A stretch of DNA of 40,662 nt, taken from positions 1-40,662 of the forward strand of contig JAFGIZ010000160.1 in assembly GCA_016929365.1 (NCBI GenBank), written 5' to 3'. A model generated the notes under the pieces. It had not been told where the DNA came from. It saw nothing but the letters and a program-made list of their open reading frames with translations, and ran no database searches. The stretch comes from Lentisphaerota bacterium. Its GTDB lineage: Bacteria > Verrucomicrobiota > Kiritimatiellia > UBA8416 > JAFGIZ01. Below are positions 37,415 through 40,662 of this stretch, in pieces (within the stretch, counting starts at the first letter, position 1; every line of letters starts with the position of its first letter). The position numbers were made by a program, and so were the translations under genes.

Positions 37415-37686
37415 GCCCCGTCAACCAGGGGAATCGCAGCATCCGTCTTCGCGCTACGCGCTACGCCGTGACATAAAGGTATCTCCCCCCAGACCTTCCT
37501 CTGCCATGTGGGAGCACCTCCGTTCCTATGGTGCTCCTCTCCCCGCTACGCGGAACCCGTGCACCAGAGCGAAGCACGGTGCACGGCAGGCCCGCCCTCT
37601 CCCTCGTGTCGCGGCATAGCCCTCCGGGCGACGCCGGACGACCGTCCACGATCCACGGCGTGGTTCCATCGTCGCTTCGCTCGATG

Positions 37687-37718
37687 GAAAAGAAAGAGCC
37701 CCGGAAGTCCGGGGCTCT
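37687..37718 (-). terminator. Rho-independent terminator closing the HTH-HNH-RES-Xre operon
   Basis: 10-bp perfect stem AGAGCCCCGG/CCGGGGCTCT (37695-37704 / 37709-37718) with a 4-nt loop. On the minus strand it is followed by TTCTTTTCC. It begins 25 nt after the stop at 37744. Confidence 0.65.
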
Positions 37719-37743
37719 CGTTCGTCTCCTCTTTCCAACAATC

Positions 37744-38136
37744 CTACAGATACCCGCCCGCCTTGGTGTGGAAAATCAACTCCCATATCTTGTCGACCTT
37801 GCCCTCGTCCATGGCCTCCAAGGGAGTGCGGCCGTCAAACCACTCGTTCGGCTTCTTGAGCCAGGGAGCGATGTTCTCCGGCTCCATGATCTCAGCCAAT
37901 GCCATGATGAGTCGCCGGGCTTCGTTCAGCTTGCGTTGCTTCGCCATGGATAGCCGGTTCTTGCCCTCCAGTGTCGCCAGCGTACGTTCCGAGCAGTCGC
38001 TCAGAACCGCATACACGGGACGGCTGATCTTCACCTTTCGCCGCCACCGTTGCAGGGCCGGGCCGCTCTTGATCTCCGCCTGTGGATCGAAATCGAGCGC
38101 CGGCGGCTTCTCTATGACTGTCGTTGCCATACCCAT
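37744..38136 (-). CDS. Xre-like antitoxin with a DUF2384 (MbcA/ParS-type) toxin-binding domain
   Basis: The C-terminal block PENIAPWLKKPNEWFDGRTPLEAMDEGKVDKIWELI fits the DUF2384 consensus (W...pn..lgG.tPlel....G...v). The preceding region is HTH-like (SDCSERTLATLEGKNRLSMAKQRKLNEARRLI). Confidence 0.8.
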   Translation of the reverse strand: MGMATTVIEKPPALDFDPQAEIKSGPALQRWRRKVKISRPVYAVLSDCSERTLATLEGKNRLSMAKQRKLNEARRLIMALAEIMEPENIAPWLKKPNEWFDGRTPLEAMDEGKVDKIWELIFHTKAGGYL

Positions 38137-38197
38137 ACCGTAGCAGATCCCTGTCAGACCACAAGGACAAAATCATGCAAATCTGCATAGTTGTGAA

Positions 38198-38785
38198 TCA
38201 TGGGCAAATCGGGGTCACGACCTCCAGAAGACTGCCCGAAAGAAGGTTCTTCGGAAAGACAACCACGTTCACGCCGTGTGGCTTGTCTGCCGCCGAAAGC
38301 GAGGTGAGCGCTTCATAACCCAGCGTAGCCGCTGCCCGGCCGATCGCTTGCGTTATCGACTCGCGGTTGTGGTAGTGGTCGGATCGCCACTGTTGTTCAT
38401 CAGTCATCCGTGCCTTGGAGACACCCAGGCGCTGCCGCACCTCGCCGTCGGTGAGATCCAATGCCCGACTCACGCGCACAGCGATGCACACCAGCGTCTT
38501 GGGCAATGCCTTCTCGTCGGGAAGATGTTCACGGCGCACCCGGGCCAATGACTCCAACAGCGCCGTCTCGGGAGTCCGGCTGGTGTACGTGCAATGAAAG
38601 CTGCCGCGCAGGTTCCACCGCCCAACCGATACCCGGCCGCCTTTGCCGCCCACGATATCCGCATCTCGGGTGAAGCGTGGGTTGACCATCCTGAACACGT
38701 GTTCGTCGATGCCCACAGCATCGGATAGAAGCGCTCGCAACCGACTTTCGATGGTTGCGTACTCAGGATGTTCAGTGATCGGCAT
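38198..38785 (-). CDS. RES-domain toxin (NAD+-targeting ART/phosphorylase family)
   Basis: GRWNLRGSFHCTYTSRTPETALLE supplies the R and E of the RES signature, and YEALTSLSAA supplies the S. The length of 195 aa is typical. Confidence 0.85.
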   Translation of the reverse strand: MPITEHPEYATIESRLRALLSDAVGIDEHVFRMVNPRFTRDADIVGGKGGRVSVGRWNLRGSFHCTYTSRTPETALLESLARVRREHLPDEKALPKTLVCIAVRVSRALDLTDGEVRQRLGVSKARMTDEQQWRSDHYHNRESITQAIGRAAATLGYEALTSLSAADKPHGVNVVVFPKNLLSGSLLEVVTPICP

Positions 38786-38828
38786 GGCTTACGTCGCGTC
38801 TCCGCTCTTCTCGATTATGGGTATCCGA

Positions 38829-39080
38829 TCAGAATCCGAGATCCCCGTCTTCCTTTTCCATGGCAACCGCAAGGGCCAGAGCGTTGCGCAGCATGAAAGC
38901 CCCATAGTCGCGGGCGAGCTCTACGACCGCTCCCGCTCCCGGGTCCGTCCAGTCATGCGCAGACACAAGTCGACGCCGAATCGTGTCTGCATTCCACGCC
39001 TCAGGCCGCCGGGCGCCGACCGACGGCAGCATGCTTCGGTACTCTGAAATCGCGGACTCCAACAACGATGCTTCCGTCAT
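38829..39080 (-). CDS. 83-aa hypothetical protein between the HNH and RES genes
   Basis: ATG 39080 is preceded by GGAGGG at 5 nt, 11 nt after the HNH stop. G/C third-position bias is present. No domain recognised. The track ORF (start 39173) would overlap the HNH gene by 82 nt. Confidence 0.45.
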   Translation of the reverse strand: MTEASLLESAISEYRSMLPSVGARRPEAWNADTIRRRLVSAHDWTDPGAGAVVELARDYGAFMLRNALALAVAMEKEDGDLGF

Positions 39081-39091
39081 GGTGCCCTCCT

Positions 39092-39868
39092 TCATGCTTT
39101 GAATCTGTTCGCATGATGCCAGCGGAGTCTCTCCATGGCCGGCAAAAAGCGGTGCGGCTTCTTCATCGGGCACTCGTGGTATCGCAGCAGTAGCGCTCTG
39201 ACTACGGCGTTGCGCGAACTTCGCAGTTCGCCAGACAGACAGACGACGAGATCCTCGGTGATCGTCATCATCCCTGCATCGAAAAGGCGGTCAAAGGTCG
39301 CGCTCAGGCAAAGCCCGTTCGTAGGGTCTGTGCGATACCGTTCGTCTTCACTCCACGGCACGATATGACTCGCAATCAGACACTCTCGCACCGAAATGCC
39401 CGTGACGCAGCACGTGGCTTCGTAGCTACTCAACACGGCATCGCGGAAGAACGACTGATGTACCCGCTCCTTCGTGAGTCGCTTCTTCTCCGACGGGCCG
39501 GAAGGGCGCTTCACATCGGGCTCTGCCCGTGTTGCCTTCTGGCGCTTCCCCCGAAGCAAGGTGGCCTCCCATACCAGCCCGTTCCAATCGGCATGGAACT
39601 CATCCCAGATCTGCCGATCCAGCTTGCTGGTGTGTGTCAGTCCTTTGATATCTGCGGTGCGAAGGGACGGATCGAAAGCACCAAAGTTCCCCAGCTTACG
39701 CGCAACTGACGCCGGAGTCCGGCCCAGGGCACGAGCCAGTTCCTGCACGGCCGGGTTGTTGGCCTTCGTCTTCTGGAAGGGAATACGGCAGTACAACTCG
39801 AACGCGAGAATCGACTCTTCCCGCGTCCAGAGCGCACCGTACCGCCCGCCTTTCTGATCCTCGGTCAT
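39092..39868 (-). CDS. HNH endonuclease (HNH_2/PF13391-type, putative restriction-like nuclease)
   Basis: The stereotyped N-terminal domain WTREESILAFELYCRIPFQKT...LARALGRTPASVARKLGNFGAFDP is present. The C-terminal nuclease core is CCVTGISVRECLIASHIVPWSED...TNGLCLSATFDRLFDAGMMTI. Confidence 0.8.
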   Translation of the reverse strand: MTEDQKGGRYGALWTREESILAFELYCRIPFQKTKANNPAVQELARALGRTPASVARKLGNFGAFDPSLRTADIKGLTHTSKLDRQIWDEFHADWNGLVWEATLLRGKRQKATRAEPDVKRPSGPSEKKRLTKERVHQSFFRDAVLSSYEATCCVTGISVRECLIASHIVPWSEDERYRTDPTNGLCLSATFDRLFDAGMMTITEDLVVCLSGELRSSRNAVVRALLLRYHECPMKKPHRFLPAMERLRWHHANRFKA

Positions 39869-40059
39869 TCCGTCTTTCGTGGACGTCCGCGACCCCGCCT
39901 GCGGTTCTTCTGGTAGTCACGTAGCGAAGCCCCATCAATCAGATGATCCCGTCCGTACTTCTCGGACTTCACCCGGCCCTCTGCGATCAACTGCCGCACG
40001 CGTGCGGCAGTGACGCCCAGGTACTCGGCCGCGCCGTCCGTCGTGAAAAGCTTGCCCAT
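39865..40059 (-). CDS. Excisionase-family (MerR-like) helix-turn-helix DNA-binding protein with a basic RGRP tail
   Basis: TTDGAAEYLGVTAARVRQLIAEGRVKSEKYGRDHLIDGASLRDY fits the excisionase/HTH_17 pattern. The C-terminus is NRRRGRGRPRKTE. Its stop overlaps the HNH start (ATGA at 39865-39868). Confidence 0.7.
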   Translation of the reverse strand: MGKLFTTDGAAEYLGVTAARVRQLIAEGRVKSEKYGRDHLIDGASLRDYQKNRRRGRGRPRKTE

Positions 40060-40213
40060 GCGAAAGAATATACGGAAGCCGCGCCGCCAAGGGAAGCGCG
40101 ATCTTCCGAAACGGAAACGGCAGCCCCTTGCGGGACTGCCGCCGAAAATGGTGGGGGCTCCTTGCTGATCTACGGAACTTTTTCCGGCTTCAACACTCGC
40201 CGATAGGCGAGCC

Positions 40214-40252
40214 CGCGCGCGAGTGACACCGGGATGGTGGCACTCGCGCGCG
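40214..40252. repeat. Perfect 12-bp inverted repeat (stem-loop or protein-binding site) upstream of the HTH-HNH operon
   Basis: CGCGCGCGAGTG (40214-40225) and CACTCGCGCGCG (40241-40252) are exact reverse complements with a 15-nt spacer. The repeat lies in an apparently noncoding stretch. Confidence 0.4.
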
Positions 40253-40662
40253 CGATATTCAAGACTGATGTACGGCGAACTCCTGGCCGTCGCGGCTGCC
40301 GCCGCGACGACTATTCCCGGCCTCGCCGATTCGACCGACCCCCGGCGCTGCGCGCCGTGGTCGGTCTACGATCCTCGCGGCTTCGCCGCTCGCCCGATCC
40401 ACGATGCCGACGGTGCTCGGTGATGTCCTACCCCCCGCACGGCCCGCGCCAGCCTCAGAAGGCTGGCACGTCCCGTGCTGAAAGACCCGCCCCCTTCCAC
40501 GCGCAACCGTTATCGGCGATGTCCATACGGACTGCACCCGCCGCGCCAACGTTCCCGCTGGTCACGTTGTCACGTCGGCTGTCGCGCCATCGAAGCTCAG
40601 AGAGTGAGGAGGAAGCCGAAATGACATAGAGCAGATCGACAACTGAAACACTCTATCAGGAA

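Noticed and set aside
37508-38143. 211-aa plus-strand ORF across the hairpin-rich spacer and the DUF2384 gene
   Set aside because: Most of it is antisense to the well-supported DUF2384 antitoxin gene. The remainder covers the noncoding hairpin region. No motifs were found.
40234-40629. 131-aa plus-strand ORF at the right edge
   Set aside because: It has an extremely Arg/Pro/Ser-rich composition with no start context or motifs, so it is probably a noncoding GC-rich artefact.
1-40662. Search for tRNA/rRNA genes, CRISPR arrays, transposases, integrases and IS-type terminal repeats
   Set aside because: No T-loop-like GGTTCGAATCC-type motifs, no regularly spaced direct repeats, and no DDE or tyrosine/serine recombinase-like ORFs were seen. 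The TA islet is therefore not called as a mobile element.

Overview
High-GC bacterial chromosome segment. The many sulfatases and the GspG-type pseudopilin suggest a PVC-group organism (Kiritimatiellota, Verrucomicrobiota or Lentisphaerota); this is inference only. The window has three parts. (1) 1-18.9 kb is core housekeeping. It holds a sugar epimerase and a GT2 glycosyltransferase, then smc and an inositol monophosphatase. A long minus-strand string follows: mreB-mreC-mreD-mrdA-rodA-rng-lptD-polB-gspG. (2) 19.4-35.6 kb is a glycan-utilisation region. It contains a GH112-like phosphorylase with a signal-peptide-like N-terminus, two formylglycine-type sulfatases and a GH71-like hydrolase. It also has an AraC regulator flanked by a sugar-conversion gene set: two SDRs, an SGNH hydrolase, a URO-D-family protein, DUF4432, a D-lyxose-isomerase-type cupin and a mannitol-dehydrogenase-like oxidoreductase. 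An internally deleted URO-D remnant is also present. (3) 35.65 kb to the right edge is a toxin-antitoxin/defence islet. It contains vapBC and a small nucleotidyltransferase-fold pair that may be a split gene. It also contains a ~270-nt hairpin-rich noncoding stretch. The best candidate for an undescribed system is a tight five-gene minus-strand operon: excisionase-type HTH, HNH nuclease, 83-aa unknown, RES toxin and Xre/DUF2384 antitoxin, closed by a clear terminator. The RES/Xre order in it is inverted relative to canonical ParST/MbcTA-type modules. I found no rRNA, tRNA, CRISPR array, transposase or integrase. Many long ORFs in the track are antisense shadows of real genes and were rejected. 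All family assignments rest on motif recognition by eye and need HMM or BLAST confirmation.
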